In this document: piece after piece, positions 13,440 through 26,697 of the stretch
How the letters are laid out: each line of letters begins with the position of its first letter
Position numbering within the stretch: the stretch's first letter is position 1
NCBI RefSeq assembly: GCF_006345805.1
Contig: NC_043006.1
Location: 75,206,001-75,270,000 of the forward strand
Origin: Octopus sinensis
Lineage: Eukaryota
DNA length: 64,000 nucleotides
Direction: 5' to 3'
Notes under the pieces: generated by a model
Told to the model about the DNA's origin: nothing
What the model saw: the letters and a program-made list of their open reading frames with translations, nothing else
Databases searched by the model: none
Translations under genes and position numbers: made by a program

Positions 13440-13737
13440 AGGATGAAAGGCAAAATCGACCTCGGCGGAATTTGAACTCAGAATGTAACAGCAGATGAAA
13501 TACCTATTTCTTTATTACCCACAAGGGGCTAAACATAGCCGGGACAAACAAGGACAGACATAGGTATTAAGTCGATTACATCGACCCCAGTGCGTAACTG
13601 GTACTTAATTTATCGATCCTGCAAGGATGAAAGGCAAAGTCGACCTTGGCAGAATTTGAACTCACAACGTAACGGCAGACGAAATACCGCTAAGCATTTC
13701 AACCGGCATGCTAACATTTCAGCCGGCTTGCTGCCTT
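13440..13737 (-). mobile_element. SINE family A dimer
   Basis: Two family A units joined at the tail/gtattt junction. Confidence 0.8.
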
Positions 13738-14299
13738 ATTGGTACATAAATATTATTATGTTAAAAAACCAGTTTAGTAAAATACCTACTAGGACAGGAA
13801 ATCCCCTACTTTGAGTTCTCTTCTCTTATGTACATCATTTTCAAATTAATTAATAATTGTGGCTAATTAGCAGAGTCATTAGAACAGTAGACAGAATATA
13901 TTGTGGCACTTGTTCTAGTTCTCTGTGCTCATACCTCACAGAGATTGAATTTGCTTTCTATTTCTTTGAGATTGATAAAGTACCATTCAAATATTTGAGT
14001 TGTTTCTTCCCTTCTCATTATTTTGAATCAGCTACATTGAAAGGGCCAAGGAAAGAGCATTTACCTCTTGACCTTACTAATTCTTTTATGGTACAGTCAT
14101 TCCATTGATTTGATAAGAAACAAAGGAAATTTTAATTAATTAAGATTCTGGTGTATCAGATTATTAACCTTTAGCATACTTAGGTGCATCATATTGCTAA
14201 TTATATGCTATTCAGTTCATGCAACTGCTTTCTATTGACCAGTAACAATAAATTGTGCTTACTAATCATATGAAATATGGAGAATTCTAGAAAGTACTT

Positions 14300-14545
14300 C
14301 GTTTAACATCCACATTCGATGCTAGCATGGGTCGGACGATTTGACTGAGGACTGGCAAATCAGATGGCAGCACCAGGCTCCAATCTTGATCTGGCAGAGT
14401 TTCTACAGCTGGATACCCTTCCTAATGCCAACCACTCTGAGAGTGTAGTGGGTGCTTTTACGTGCCACCAGCAGGAGGGCCAGTCAGGCGGTACTGGCAA
14501 TGGCCATGCTCAAATGGTGTTTTTTATGTGCCACCTGCACTGGCA
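14300..14545 (-). mobile_element. SINE family C
   Basis: gctagcatgggtcggacg...cagctggatacccttcctaatgccaacc. Confidence 0.8.
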
Positions 14546-14894
14546 ATGACCTTGCTCGAATGTTTTTTCATGTGCTCATGATAAAAAAAAAAAGAAATTT
14601 GTCAGTTCCCAATTCTGTAGTGCTCATGCATGGAACTGAGTATGTGTGTGTGTACATGTATGTGTGTGCACGTGTGTGTACATGTATGTATGTGCTTTTT
14701 GTGTGTTGTCATGCATAGGTGAGTGTGTATGTGTATGTGTGTGCATGCGTGTGTGTGTGTATGCATGTGTGTGTGTGTGCATGTGTATTGAATTATTTAC
14801 CTTGCACAATTTCTTTGTAAATGTATTTAACTCACTTTTGTTATCTTAATTAAGGTTGAGGAGATTTTTGTTTTTACCTGCTTAACCATTTGCC

Positions 14895-15070
14895 CTATCC
14901 AAAGCACTTTCAAATAACTTGTCCTAAATGTCTGTTTTCATTTGCAGACTTTTAATTTAGCCCTTGTTTCATATGTTCTGAGTAATATAAAGCTTCCTTT
15001 TCATAAATCCCAACTTACTCAAATGGTTGAAAAATATTGGGACCGTATATGATGATGCCAGGGGAAATAC
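14895..15070 (+). repeat. unclassified dispersed repeat (second copy at ~21160-21310)
   Basis: Shared ccaaagca...cagactttta...ttcatatgttctgagta.ataaagctt.ctttcataa.tccca. Confidence 0.65.
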
Positions 15071-15319
15071 CTCCTGTGTATTACATATGATACACAGGAT
15101 ATAAGACAGGCAAATAGTTAATTCAAATAAAGTATTTAGTTAGTGTGGAGATGTACTTGCATAGCGAGTGACTTGATCTGAGATTGTGTGCTGGAATGAA
15201 AACAAATTGCAGCGGGGAAGGTGTTTATAAGCCATTTAAGAAACACAAAAACCGTTAGATTCACTTCAACATTTAAATTTAATTTGTCAAAATACTATCG
15301 TCACTTTGAGACCGCGACC

Positions 15320-15766
15320 TCGTGATGCAGCATGAAGTTTTGTCAGCAATATCCGAGTCTGTATTTGCTGTCCGGCAATGTTTATTCAGACGCATTTTGT
15401 GATGTCGGGCACGAAAATACATTAAGCTAAGCCTAAAAGCAATGAAGTCATAAAAGAATCATCCATAACTCGCAGTAAGCAACATTTATTAAAATAAAAG
15501 CATTCAGAACACAGAATAACATGTATCAAAAACAATTTGCAAACATATTTACGTTCTCATATAACAGTTAAGAATATCGCCATTATTGTATTACGCATGC
15601 ATGGAAGTGTTTGTTCGACTAGGTGCTGCTGGCTTAATTATGCATGACTCAAGTTAGAGAAGTGGTGCGTATTATACACAAGGTTTAGGTTTTTCAGAGG
15701 TACAGCCCCCTAAAAATCCCCTGCGTATTATACTCAAGGGCGGACTATACTTGAGGATTTACGGTA
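15320..15766. mobile_element. pogo/Tigger-like DNA transposon remnant
   Basis: Terminus tgcgtattatactcaagggcggactatacttgaggatttacggta; left boundary uncertain. Confidence 0.45.
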
Positions 15767-15774
15767 GTACCTCT

Positions 15775-15940
15775 ATTTGAAGAGGCCAGCCTTGTCACAC
15801 TTTGTGTCACTTTGTATCTCCCTGAGAACTATGTTAAGGATTGTTGGGTCTTTGGAGTACTCAGCCACTTGCATGTTAATTTCACGAACAGGCTGTTCTG
15901 TTGATTAGATCAGCTGGAATACTTGTCACTATAACTGATG
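15775..15940 (+). mobile_element. SINE family D tail type 1 fragment
   Basis: Reverse complement of the tail at 2140-2330, with CpG decay. Confidence 0.7.
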
Positions 15941-16009
15941 GAGCACTAGTTATTTTTTATCACTGATGTTTGGTTCCTAAAAAAAAACATAATGTTGAAT
16001 GAATTGGTG

Positions 16010-16195
16010 ATGTGGCATGTAAAAAAAGCACCCACTACACTCTTGGAGGGGTTATCATTAGGAAGGGCATCCAGCTGTAGAAATATTGCTAGATCAGATT
16101 TGAGCCTGCTGCAGCTGCAAGCTCTCCAGACCTCAGTCAAACCGTCCAACCCATGCCAGCATGGAAAACAGGTGTTAAACGATGACGATGATGAT
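16010..16195 (+). mobile_element. SINE family C
   Basis: aagcacccactacactc...ttaggaagggcatccagctgtag...ttaaacgatgacgatgatg. Confidence 0.8.
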
Positions 16196-16414
16196 GGGCG
16201 AAAAATAGATTTTGTTCTAGACTTTAAGCTGCCCTGAGCGTTGTGGATGATTGTGCTTTTGTGGTCCGTGCAAAATCCTTGACTGATTGCCAGTCTGTGT
16301 ATTCACGGATCAATTCCAATTTATATTAAGCATAATCTGGTTCACAGTTAAGCATGTGGTGTTATCCGGATCAGTGATGAATGAATTAGTGGTAAATGAA
16401 GATAGATGTATGAT

Positions 16415-16635
16415 AATATTAGTTTCAAATTTTGGCACAATGCCAGCAATTTTAAGGGGAAGGGGATAGTCGATTGCATTGATCCCATAGCTCAACTGGT
16501 ACGTATTCTATTGACCCCGAAAGGATGAAAGATAAATCTGACCTTCGCAGAATTTGATCTCAGAATGCAAAAACAGACAAAATGCTATTAAGCATTTTGC
16601 CTGGCGTGCAAATTATTCTGCCAGTTAACAGCCTT
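16415..16635 (-). mobile_element. SINE family A, short tail, decayed
   Basis: aaatttggcacaatgccagc...gaccccgaaaggatgaaag... Confidence 0.7.
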
Positions 16636-16916
16636 AAAGATGTACAGAGCTGGCCTAAAGTCACCCATCAGTAAAGCAAAACCTATTTAATCTCAAGATT
16701 AAACCAAAAAAAATATTTTATATGTGACTTTGTTAAAAAATAGACAAATGTGGCAAAAAAAAAAAAAGCGGTGATTTTAACTCATAGCATCCAATTATTA
16801 AATTGGATGCTATTTATTCATAATTGGAATGAATAAATGAAATTGAATATTAAGCATTTATGGAATTTTGACTTACTGTCAAGTGATTTTTGGCCAACAC
16901 TGTATAATAATAATAA

Positions 16917-17160
16917 CTCTTTACTCTTTTACTCTTTTACTTGTTTCAGTCATTTGACTGCAGCCATGCTGGAGCATAGCCTTTAGTTGAGCAAATCGAC
17001 CCCAGGACTTATTCTTTGTAAATCTGGTACTTATTCTATTGGTCTCTTTTGCCGAACCGCTAAATTACGGGGATGTAAACACACCAGCATCAGTTGTCAA
17101 GCGATGTTGGGGGGACAAACATAGACACAAATATATACACACACATATATATATATACAT
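16917..17160 (-). mobile_element. SINE family B, 3' half
   Basis: ctctttactcttttacttgtttcagtcatttgactgc... Confidence 0.8.
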
Positions 17161-17568
17161 ATATAAATACTTTTTGTACATGGAAGTACATGGAAATTGA
17201 CTAAAACCCATGTAGGCTGTGTCCTTGCAAAATTACAGGCTGAAAACTGAAACCAGTAAAATAAAAAAAAACAAAAAACCAGTAACAACAACAAAAGGAT
17301 AAAGCATGATTTGTGAGACTTATTTGAGTAAGCTAAATATTTGAATGTGATAAGTTGTAAAAATATATTCTTTATTTGTATTATGAAATTATGATTTAGT
17401 TTTCTTTTTGTTAAGAAGTATTTAATTTTTGATTTCATTGAGAAAGAATCTGATTTATTTTCCTTCTAATATTTTACATACAAGCAAAAATTTGGAAGAT
17501 TTTTCTGCTTCAAAGCAAACATACCTCCTGTTCTCCCCATACCCATATTTCACCCTTACAGATACCAC

Positions 17569-17584
17569 TGCTGCCATCTAGTGG
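17569..17584 (-). promoter_or_regulatory. CTCF-like binding motif
   Basis: Minus strand CCACTAGATGGCAGCA matches the CTCF core; it lies in unique sequence. Confidence 0.45.
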
Positions 17585-18244
17585 GTGGCACCGTCTGTCG
17601 AAAGGAAATTCCTTGAATTTCTTTTTCGAAAGAGCTGCACATCTATTCTGTTAACCAGGAAGTCTTTTTCAAATTCTTCAAAGTAATTGGAAGATTCCCC
17701 CCCCCCTCTCTCTCTCTCTCCTCTCTCTCTCTCCCACATCTCTCTTCCTACATGTGTGTCTCTCTATTTTTGTCTGTCTCTTTCTGTCAATGCATGATGT
17801 ATTTCTTTTTACCCCTGATATCATTTTCCAATTGATCGCTTCGCTTAGATATTGGTGGATTTTAACACCTTTCCATTTGGTATTTGCTTTACTTTATTTC
17901 CATTGTGACATCTAAATTTTTTTCCCAAACGATTTATATTTCTTTTACTTCAACTTTTCTCATTTTTTAAAAAAACAATTTCTATATGGAGTTTTAAAGT
18001 CACTTGTGTAGACGTTTTTACTCTCAGCATTCTTCTTATAGATTGTGGTGTGCTTTCACATCAGTTTGTTTTTGTCACTGATATACAAAGTTTTTAGATT
18101 ACATTTTTTTTTCATTGGAAGTAGTAAATTATCTAAATGAGGGGTAGACTGCAATCAACCCTTCATGCTATTGAGTACCAGGTGGTGCTATTGAGTTAGA
18201 CATGGCCTGGGCCAATAATGGCCGAAACCTATCAAAGTATCAAA

Positions 18245-18460
<216 letters not shown>

Positions 18461-18700
18461 AAAGTTAATCCAAACATGAAAACACCAAGAGAAAACACAA
18501 CAACGCAAGGACGTGGAACAAATATAGTATTATTGGATGCTCAGGAAGGAAGGGTATATAAATATATATATATATATAATATATATATATATATGTATAT
18601 ATATCTTAAAATTTAGTTAGGTGTTAAATAAACACCTAAGGGATATTAAATATCCAAACAATTAGAAAATTACTATTTTTAAATCTCAGAATGAGAGTTA

Positions 18701-18854
18701 TTCAGCAACGGTACTTTGGAGTAAAGATTTTTGCCAACATAACATGGCAGTCCTGGTTTAGGATGAATAATGCTATAATTACAGCATCATTCGTCCTAAA
18801 CCAGGACTGCCATGTTATGTTGGCAAAAATCTTTAATCCAAAGAATTTGCTGAA
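18701..18854. repeat. near-perfect foldback (~70-bp stem, 8-nt loop)
   Basis: 41-bp perfect core aaagatttttgccaacataacatggcagtcctggtttagga with its reverse complement. Confidence 0.85.
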
Positions 18855-19069
18855 TGTTTTTACCTATATAGATAACAATGTTATGAACTATCCCTCTTAA
18901 CAGATAGGTAAATAAATAAATAAAATAAACATACAGTTTATCAACATGTAAATATAAATTAGAAACGGAAGCCAAAATGACAAATTGAACAATTAAATAA
19001 TTTAATCATTAAATGATAAATTCAATTCAATTTTATTATCTGTATAAGATATTTTGGTTTCCATTTCTA

Positions 19070-19114
<45 letters not shown>

Positions 19115-19115
<1 letters not shown>

Positions 19116-19420
19116 ATCATCATCATCATCATTTAACGTCCGTTTTCCATGCTACCATGGGTTGGATGGTTCGACCGGGGTCTGGTAAGCCATGGAGGCT
19201 GCACCAGGCTCCAGTCTGATTTGGCAGTGTTTCTACAGCTGGATGCCCTTCCTAACACCAACCACTCCGTGTGTGTAGTGGGCTTTTTTTACGTGCCACC
19301 GGCACAGGTGCCAGAGCAGGCTGGCAAACGGCCACAATCGGTTGGTGCTTTTACGTGTCACCGACACGGACACCAGTCAGGCGGCGCTGGCATCTGCCAC
19401 GTTCGGATGGTGCTTTATAC
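19115..19420 (-). mobile_element. SINE family C
   Basis: (cat)n-ttaacgtccgttttccatgc... Confidence 0.85.
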
Positions 19421-19831
19421 GTGTCACCAGCTTGGTGTCTATATCACTGTATTGACCAGACTATCAGATGTTGTTATACTGACCACAGTGCACTTCCTCA
19501 TGTTGTATCTTTCAAATGATGCCACCTCACTGGCATGTGGTGTGTGTGTATTGCATTGGCTTTTGCCTTCTTGATTTGACTGTTGATGTTGGATACCCTT
19601 CCTAATGTCAACCACTTAACAGAGTGTACATGCGTGTTTTTTTTTAACAAGGCACTAGCACCAGTGAAATCGCCAAGTACCTGCAAGATATGACCCCTCT
19701 ATGAAGAAGGTATAGACTGGAGAAAGTATTTTTGATAGAAGGAGAAGAATGAGTATCATGCTTAAGAGGTAAATAAATGAGAGAAAGAAAGAAAGGTTTA
19801 GGTATTATGTGAATGTTAGACACAGATATAC

Positions 19832-20250
19832 TCTTTACTCTCTCTTTTTACTCTTTTACTTGTTTCAGTCATTTGACTGCGGCCATGCTGGAGCACCACC
19901 TTTAATCGAACTACTCGACCCCGGGACTTATTCTTTGTAAGCCCAGTACATATTCTATTGTTCTCTTTTGCCGAACCGCTAAGTTACGGGGACATAAACA
20001 CACCAGCATCAGTTGTCAAGCAATGCTAGGGAGACAAACACAGACACACAAACACACACGCACATATATATATACACATATATACGATGGGCTTCTTTCA
20101 GTTTCCGTCTACCAAATCCACTCACAAGGCTTTGGTCGGCCCGAGGCTATAGTAGAAGACACTTGTCCAAGGTGCCATGCAGTGGGACTGAACCCGGAAC
20201 CATGTGGTTGGTAAGCAAGCTACTTACCACATAGCTACTCCTGTGCCTAT
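19832..20250 (-). mobile_element. SINE family B
   Basis: Full family B on the minus strand. Confidence 0.85.
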
Positions 20251-21312
20251 GATATATGATATTGGAATAAATATTGTGATGCTAAACTGTTATGATCAAG
20301 AATCTTTGCTTGGACAGCAGCTGATTACCTAAACCAATGATTTTTACAAATTTATATGATAGGGAGGTTTGAGGGGAAATAGATGGATAACCAAGGAACT
20401 GAACCAGCCACTGCTTCATTGATGGCTTCATTTTTAGTATAACCTAATAGAAGCTCCAAGGCAGATACTCAGTACTATGTGTTTTGGATTTTATGATGGC
20501 TGTTGGTCAATAGATATTAGATATTCTGAGAATGTTGCCTGCAACGATAAAATGAAGCAGGATAAATGAATTGTACAATTAACACTAATTAACAATTACG
20601 TATGCTTGTATTCATTTATAACTCATTCCAGCAGACTTAGGGATGAATTATGTTAGATTCCGTCTAATGGGAACACTTGTTCTTTAAAGACAGAAGCCAA
20701 TGGTGAAAAGCATATTTATATCCAAGGCTGCCTGAATGTGTTAAGAGTAAATAAACACGTCTTTGTTTTAATTCTCATTGCTTTGCATGCTTGTAATAGT
20801 TCAATACTAATTACCCGAGTGTTAAATATTTGCATTATAAATCTCTCTGGATTATGGTGAGACATTTAATGCTATCCATTTCATGCTACTCATAAATGGA
20901 TAATTTCTGCAAATTTAACTATTTACATGTTATGGTTTTAGAGTTAGATGCTATTTTCAGTGATGCCTATTTAATCTAAATCTATATTTGTAAAATGTAT
21001 TCCAGTAGACAAAAGAAATTAAAATGTGTATGAAGAATTAATTACTTTCTGTCTTGTTCTATAATTTCTAGGCTTGTGGTGATAGATGGCCAAATTTTAA
21101 TTCCATGTGATCTGCACTGTGTCTTACATTTTCGCAAACCAGATTTAACCTTGTGCCTGTCCAAAGCATCTTTGTAAGCTTGTCCTAAGCATCTATGCTT
21201 GTTTACAGACTTTTAGGTTGCCTTTGCTTCATATGTTCTGAGTAGCATAAAGCTTTCCTTTCATAAGTCCCAAATTATTCTGGTGGCTGAAAAAAACTGG
21301 ATGCTAATGAGA

Positions 21313-22150
21313 TACGAGGTGGTATCAAAAAGTTCTCAGACTAGTTCTGTTGTATGCCAACAGATGGCAGTACATGATTGCATGTGGAATGAAAGCTAGC
21401 AGTGACCTTCATGAGGTGGTGTCCTGAGTGACATCGCTCTGTTTACCTTGAAAGTTGTGTAATTTGTGTTTTTGCGATCTCGTGTATGCTGTAGTTTGTG
21501 ATTTTGTAATTGAGGAAGTTGAGACAAAGCCAATGAGAAATTTTGTGTTAAACTCAGGAAGTCTGCTACAGCAACATTGAGCATGCTTTGGCAAGCTTAT
21601 GGTGATGAGGCAATGGGTTGTATCTTTATCTCCATGGCCGAAGAAGACATGACAGAACCGCAGCTCAATCAAGAGCATGCTTATTGTTTTTTTTCATTAT
21701 CCGGCACCTGTGCTGGTGGCACGTGTAAAAGATTCGAGCGAGGTTGCTGCCAGTACTGCCTGACTGGCCCCGTGCCAGTGGCACGTAAAAGCACCCACTA
21801 CACTCTCGGAGTGGTTGGCATTAGGAAGGGCATCCAGCTGTAGAAACTCTGCCAGATCAAGATTGAAGCCTGGTTCAGCCATCTGGTACGCCAGCCCTCA
21901 GTCATTCGTCCAACCCATGCTAGCATGGAAAGCGGACGTTAAACGATGATGATCCCTGGTAATGTGCATTGAGAATTCATCCCCCAGGGCCAGACCATCA
22001 ACCGAGAGTTCTTCTGCGATGTTTTGAAGTGTTTGAGGGAGGACATTGAGCAAAAGCAACCAGATCCGTAGAAGGCAAGGAACTGGATTCTTCATGCTGA
22101 CAATGCACCATGTCACCGAGCTCTCCTCACCTGTGAGTTTCTCGCTAAAC
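21313..22150 (+). mobile_element. mariner (DD34D-type) transposon remnant, internally deleted, with a SINE C insertion at ~21705-21952
   Basis: TIR tacgaggtggtatcaaaaagtt; N-terminal remnant KFCVKLRKSATATLSMLWQAYGDEAMG; catalytic remnant EFIPQGQTINREFFCDVLKCLRE...WILHADNAPCH with stops. Confidence 0.85.
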
Positions 22151-22634
22151 CTCACAGGTAAATCTCTCCTGTATCACTTCTGTACTCCCACTGTTCGTCA
22201 GATTTAGAACCTGAGGACTCCCAACAATTTTTGATTTGAGCAGGTTCAAATCCAAAGGGAAGCCAATGGACGTGACATCCAAAGATTCTTTGAGACTAGT
22301 GAAATCAGTTTTGTTTATCTTATTCTATTAGTGTCTTTTGTTGAAACTGTAAGTTATGAGATCATAAACAAACCAACACTGGTTGTCAAATAATAAGGGA
22401 TCATTGCTAATCCCTCGCCATATCACGGTTCACCTATCATGGTTCACCTATAGCGGTTTATTATTTAAGCTTACATCAATTCCTCCATGGTGTTGTTTTG
22501 CAGTTATAATAAGGTAAATATATACTAATTATAAAAATAATTAAAAAAATATACAGTACAGTACTGCTTCTACTTCGTGGGGGGTTTTAGAACATAAAAC
22601 TCACAATAGTCAAGGATTACTGTACACAGGCATA

Positions 22635-22770
22635 TATGTATGCATGCATGCATGCATGCATGCATGTATGTATGTATGTATGTATGTATGTATGTATGTA
22701 TGTATGTATGTATGTATGTATGTATGTATGCATGCATGCATGTATATATATGTATAAATATATATATGTA
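22635..22770. repeat. (TGCA)/(TATG)n microsatellite
   Basis: Direct inspection. Confidence 0.9.
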
Positions 22771-23369
22771 TTCTCTAGGTTTCAACACAGTTTCCATCTA
22801 TAAATTCACCCATAAGGCGTTGGTTGGCCCAGAGCTATAATAAAAGACCCTTACCCAAGGTGCCATGCAGTGGGATTGAACCCTATACCTTGGGGTTGCA
22901 AAATAATATTCTTAACCACATAACCATGAAGATCTATAAGCTGACATTTGTAAGTAATTATTTGTTGGGGGTGGGGGTAATGTATTGTGGGGGGAAAAAG
23001 ATTATGTGAATGCCTTTAGGTAAGATTTGGAAACCATGATGTCTATAGTCCTCTCATTTCTAACTGTTTGGCTAAGTAACAAATCATTAGAAAAGAAAGT
23101 TATTTATCTGAATGATTAATATATATATATATTAGGCTTGTGTTTAATTAGATTTGTAGCTTTGCCAAGTATTATCAGAAGATTTAGAGATAGCTCCTGA
23201 GACATTTCTGTAGAACCGGGTTGTCGTATTTTGATGTAAAAGAGTATAGTAATTAGCTAGAAGCATTGCTATATGTAAATGAATATAAATATTTTTCAGA
23301 TGATGTTTAAGTAATGCAGGCAAAGTGTCGTTTAAAATATGTAAGGTGAGGCCAATAAATAAAGACAGA

Positions 23370-23410
23370 CAAGATATTGTGTCACCCTAGATAAGGGTGA
23401 CACAATCTTG
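23370..23410. repeat. short hairpin/palindrome
   Basis: caagat(at)tgtgtcaccct-agata-agggtgacacaatcttg. Confidence 0.75.
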
Positions 23411-23859
23411 GTTATATTTTGCTAAAGCTTTGAACTCATGAATTATTTTTATTTTATATTTGATAAAGGGAAGCTTTCCCGAAATATAATTGAAGCATTA
23501 AACAACCTGTGTAGCACGATACAATATCTTATCGTTGTCTTTATTCATTGGCATCACTTTACATGTTTTGCTTAACTTTGAACTCTCTTTCATATTTCTA
23601 TTTTATATTTCCCACTGGAGTAGCCATGCTTCTCTTCTGTAGCATGACGCCTATTCTCTCTCCCTCTACTATTCTTTAACCGCTCAGCTGGCACAAAGCA
23701 ACTTCTGTCATCCTTCTTTGTTGAGGGGGCCTTTGTCTTGCATGTTATCTGATCTCCTTGGTGATGCTGGTGCCACATAAAATACACCAGTGTGATCTTG
23801 AAGCTATGAAATAATGCAGGATTAATTCAAAATAATGTGATTAATTAAAATAAGAATTG

Positions 23860-24250
23860 ACTGAATAATCTGAATGCCGAAGTGTTAAAAAGGGGAGTAA
23901 AATTGAAATGCACGTCTCAAAATATAAGACTGGTTTGCCATGACTGGAACACTTTCGAACACTGACCTTCTCCCTCGTAACTGACCCGGAACTAAATGAC
24001 AACGTCAATGACGACAACAATAACTGTGGAAATAGCAAGATGTGGTAAAATACATTCAATAATATACATTCTGAATATAATATATTTATTATGTTGCAGT
24101 CACCTGTTCAATAGTTTATATCGTAATAAATATTAACGTCTTTAATAGCGCATTTCGGATGCAGTCACCCTGTATTGAAGACTACATTTTTATCAGTTTT
24201 ACTGTTAACACCTTATTTCAGATCAGACCTCTCGTCAAGCAGGTACAACA
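23860..24250. promoter_or_regulatory. CpG-retaining unique island, possible promoter or first exon
   Basis: About 12 CpG in 400 bp; ccggaa (ETS-like) and acgtca/tgacg (CRE-like) motifs; minus-strand donor GAAG|gtcagt at 23967. Confidence 0.3.
24222..24242 (+). CDS. candidate 21-nt microexon
   Basis: ttttactgttaacaccttatttcag|ATCAGACCTCTCGTCAAGCAG|gtacaa; multiple of 3 with no stop. Confidence 0.3.
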
Positions 24251-24544
24251 GAAGAATAATTAATTGTTTCATTCAGTTATATTAATCTATATATTGATTG
24301 TAAACCATTAGGTGCAAGTTGTTAAAAATAAATTAGGCAAATTAATTCAATTCAATGCATCATAGTCTGTCTGTCTGTCTCTTTTTTTTTTTTTTCGCTT
24401 TTTATATTTAAAAAAAAATTTCTGATTAATGATAAAAAATAAAAGGAATTAACGAGGAAACCTCTTCATGGTTATTTGCTGTATCAGAAACAGCGACTAA
24501 ATCTCCCTAAAAAAAATGAAGGATACTAGATGGTCAAGTATGTG

Positions 24545-24770
24545 TCAAATACACACAAACACACACACACACACACACACACAGAGACATACACACACAT
24601 ACACATATACGACAGGCTTCTTTCTGTTTCTGTCTATTAGTTCTACTCACAAGGATTTGGTTAGCCCAAGGCTATAGTACACGACACTTGCCCAATGTAC
24701 CACACAGTGGGACTGAACCCAGAACCATGTGGTTGGGAAGCAAGCTTCTTACCACACAGCCACGCCTGTA
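24545..24770 (-). mobile_element. SINE family B, 5' half
   Basis: acagtgggactgaacccagaaccatgtgg... Confidence 0.75.
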
Positions 24771-24989
24771 CACTCTACTTTATAATAAAGCTTTGACACT
24801 TAGCACTCATGTGACAAACAAACAAAGATGAGCGACTACATGAGCTTACGTGCACAGGGTAAATATTTTCGAAAACTGTAATTATGAAAATGTGCATATG
24901 GTAGTTGTGTGAAGCTTACTGCACTGAACCACTGGCTGTACATGTGGTGGTTAATGTGTTAAATTGTAAAAAAAAAACAAAAAAAAAAA

Positions 24990-25388
24990 CAGTAGGCGTA
25001 GGAGTGGTAAGTAGCTTGCTTACGAACCACATGGTTCCGGGTTCAGTCCCACTGCGTGATACCTTGGGCAAGTGTCTTCTACTATAGCCTCGGGCCGACC
25101 GAAGTCTTGTGAGTGGATTTGGTAGACAGAAAACTGAAAGAAGCCCGTCGTATATATGTATATTATATATATGAGTGTGTGTCTGTGTTTGTCCCCCCAA
25201 CATCGCTTGACAACCAATGCTGGTGTGTTTACGTCCCCCGTAACTTAGCGGTTCAGCAAAAGGGACCGATAGAATAAGTACTAGGCTTACAAAGAATAAG
25301 TCCCAGGGTCGATTTGCTCGACTAAAAAGGTGGTGCTCCAGCATGGCCACAGTCAAATGACTGAAACAAGTAAAAGAGTAAAGAGTAA
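24990..25388 (+). mobile_element. SINE family B, CpG-intact
   Basis: aggcgtaggagtggtaagtagc...gagtaaagag. Confidence 0.85.
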
Positions 25389-25829
25389 GAGTACTACTGA
25401 TGTATCTTACCCATGGAAAACCACAACATTCCTGACTAAGGTATGGAGGTCCATGTTCATTGATGCCTCTAGGCTTGGCACTTGAAGGGTGAGAGAATTG
25501 GCTTATTCAGGTAGTATTCAATAGTAGGAACACCTTTCCTGCCTTTGTTTCCCAAGCAAAGTAATTTTATTCCACAGTGTAATTAAATTGTGTCTACTAA
25601 AGTGTGCTCACAGGTTCACAGGTTCAACGGGTTAATTCATTGTGTTTACTCAAATCCCTCATGGTTTAGATTTGAACTTTTGCAATGATCACCTTTGTCA
25701 TTTGTCCATCTGGAAGTGATAAATAAATATCAAAAGGCTGATTCAGTCAATCATTTAGAATTAATTGGCTTCGGCTCTGATATAAATCAGTTGTAACCAA
25801 ACGTTTTTTGCTCTTTTAGCTTGTGTACT

Positions 25830-26302
25830 TTAACCCTTTCATTAGAATATTTCTGTTGTAATGCATTGATTATGTTTCAATTAATTTTCAAAATAACGAA
25901 GAATTTAACGATATAATTTTTTAACCCTTTCATTAGCATATTTCTGTTGTAATGCATTGACTATGTTTCAATTAATTTTCAAAATAACGAGGAGTTTAGC
26001 GATATAATTTTGTCATCATTAATCTGGTATTTGCGACATTTTGTCTGCCTTGTTCCAAGTTCAAATTGTGCTGAGGTCAACTTTGCCTGTCATCCTTTTG
26101 GGATCGATAAATTAAGTACCAGTGAAATACTGGGGTCAATGTAATCAACTTATCCTTTCCCCCGAAATTTCAGGAATTGTGCCTTTAGCAGAAAGGGTTA
26201 TTAATCTGGTGTTTGGAACATAAATTAACATGAAATTTTGATGGGAGATTATAATTTAGAACATGTTAAAAGAGGAAGTTTGTATCAGAGAACCAGGGTT
26301 AA
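25830..26302. mobile_element. piggyBac-like MITE with duplicated 5' ~92 bp, carrying a SINE A insertion (26035-26199)
   Basis: TTAA|CCCTTT starts at ~25830 and 25921; ends agggTTAA; the SINE is flanked by the direct repeat attaatctggt(a/g)tttg. Confidence 0.55.
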
Positions 26303-26665
26303 TCTCAGTTCGGCTGGTAATATTTTGGTTTCTGTGCATTCTGAGTTCAACTCCTACTCCGTCACCAGAAAGATGGTGACTGTGCTGTCAGGAGTATTGA
26401 CTAACGGACATTGTCAGCAATTTGAAAAATCAATGACACTGTAGTTTCCTTGGTTTCACTTAAAAGATCAAATATATTGATATATAACAATATTTACATA
26501 CATCTGAGCCTAGGGTGTTGCATTGTGGATATATAATTAAATCATTTGTTTAATCTAATTAATTATGTACGCAGCACATAACTTAGGAGAGACATACAGT
26601 ATGTTCTAGGCATCTAAATGTGGTTAGATCATCTTCGCTTAAGTCTAATGCAGCTGATTTTTCCT

Positions 26666-26697
<32 letters not shown>

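Noticed and set aside
16215-16330. Minus-strand peptide ELIREYTDWQSVKDFARTTKAQ that looks protein-like
   Set aside because: An in-frame stop lies just upstream with no acceptor AG between, and no family is recognised.
16785-16812. 12-bp perfect inverted repeat (tagcatccaatt); also a 22-bp palindrome at 61591-61612
   Set aside because: Short and AT-rich, with no supporting context; these are plausible local slippage products.
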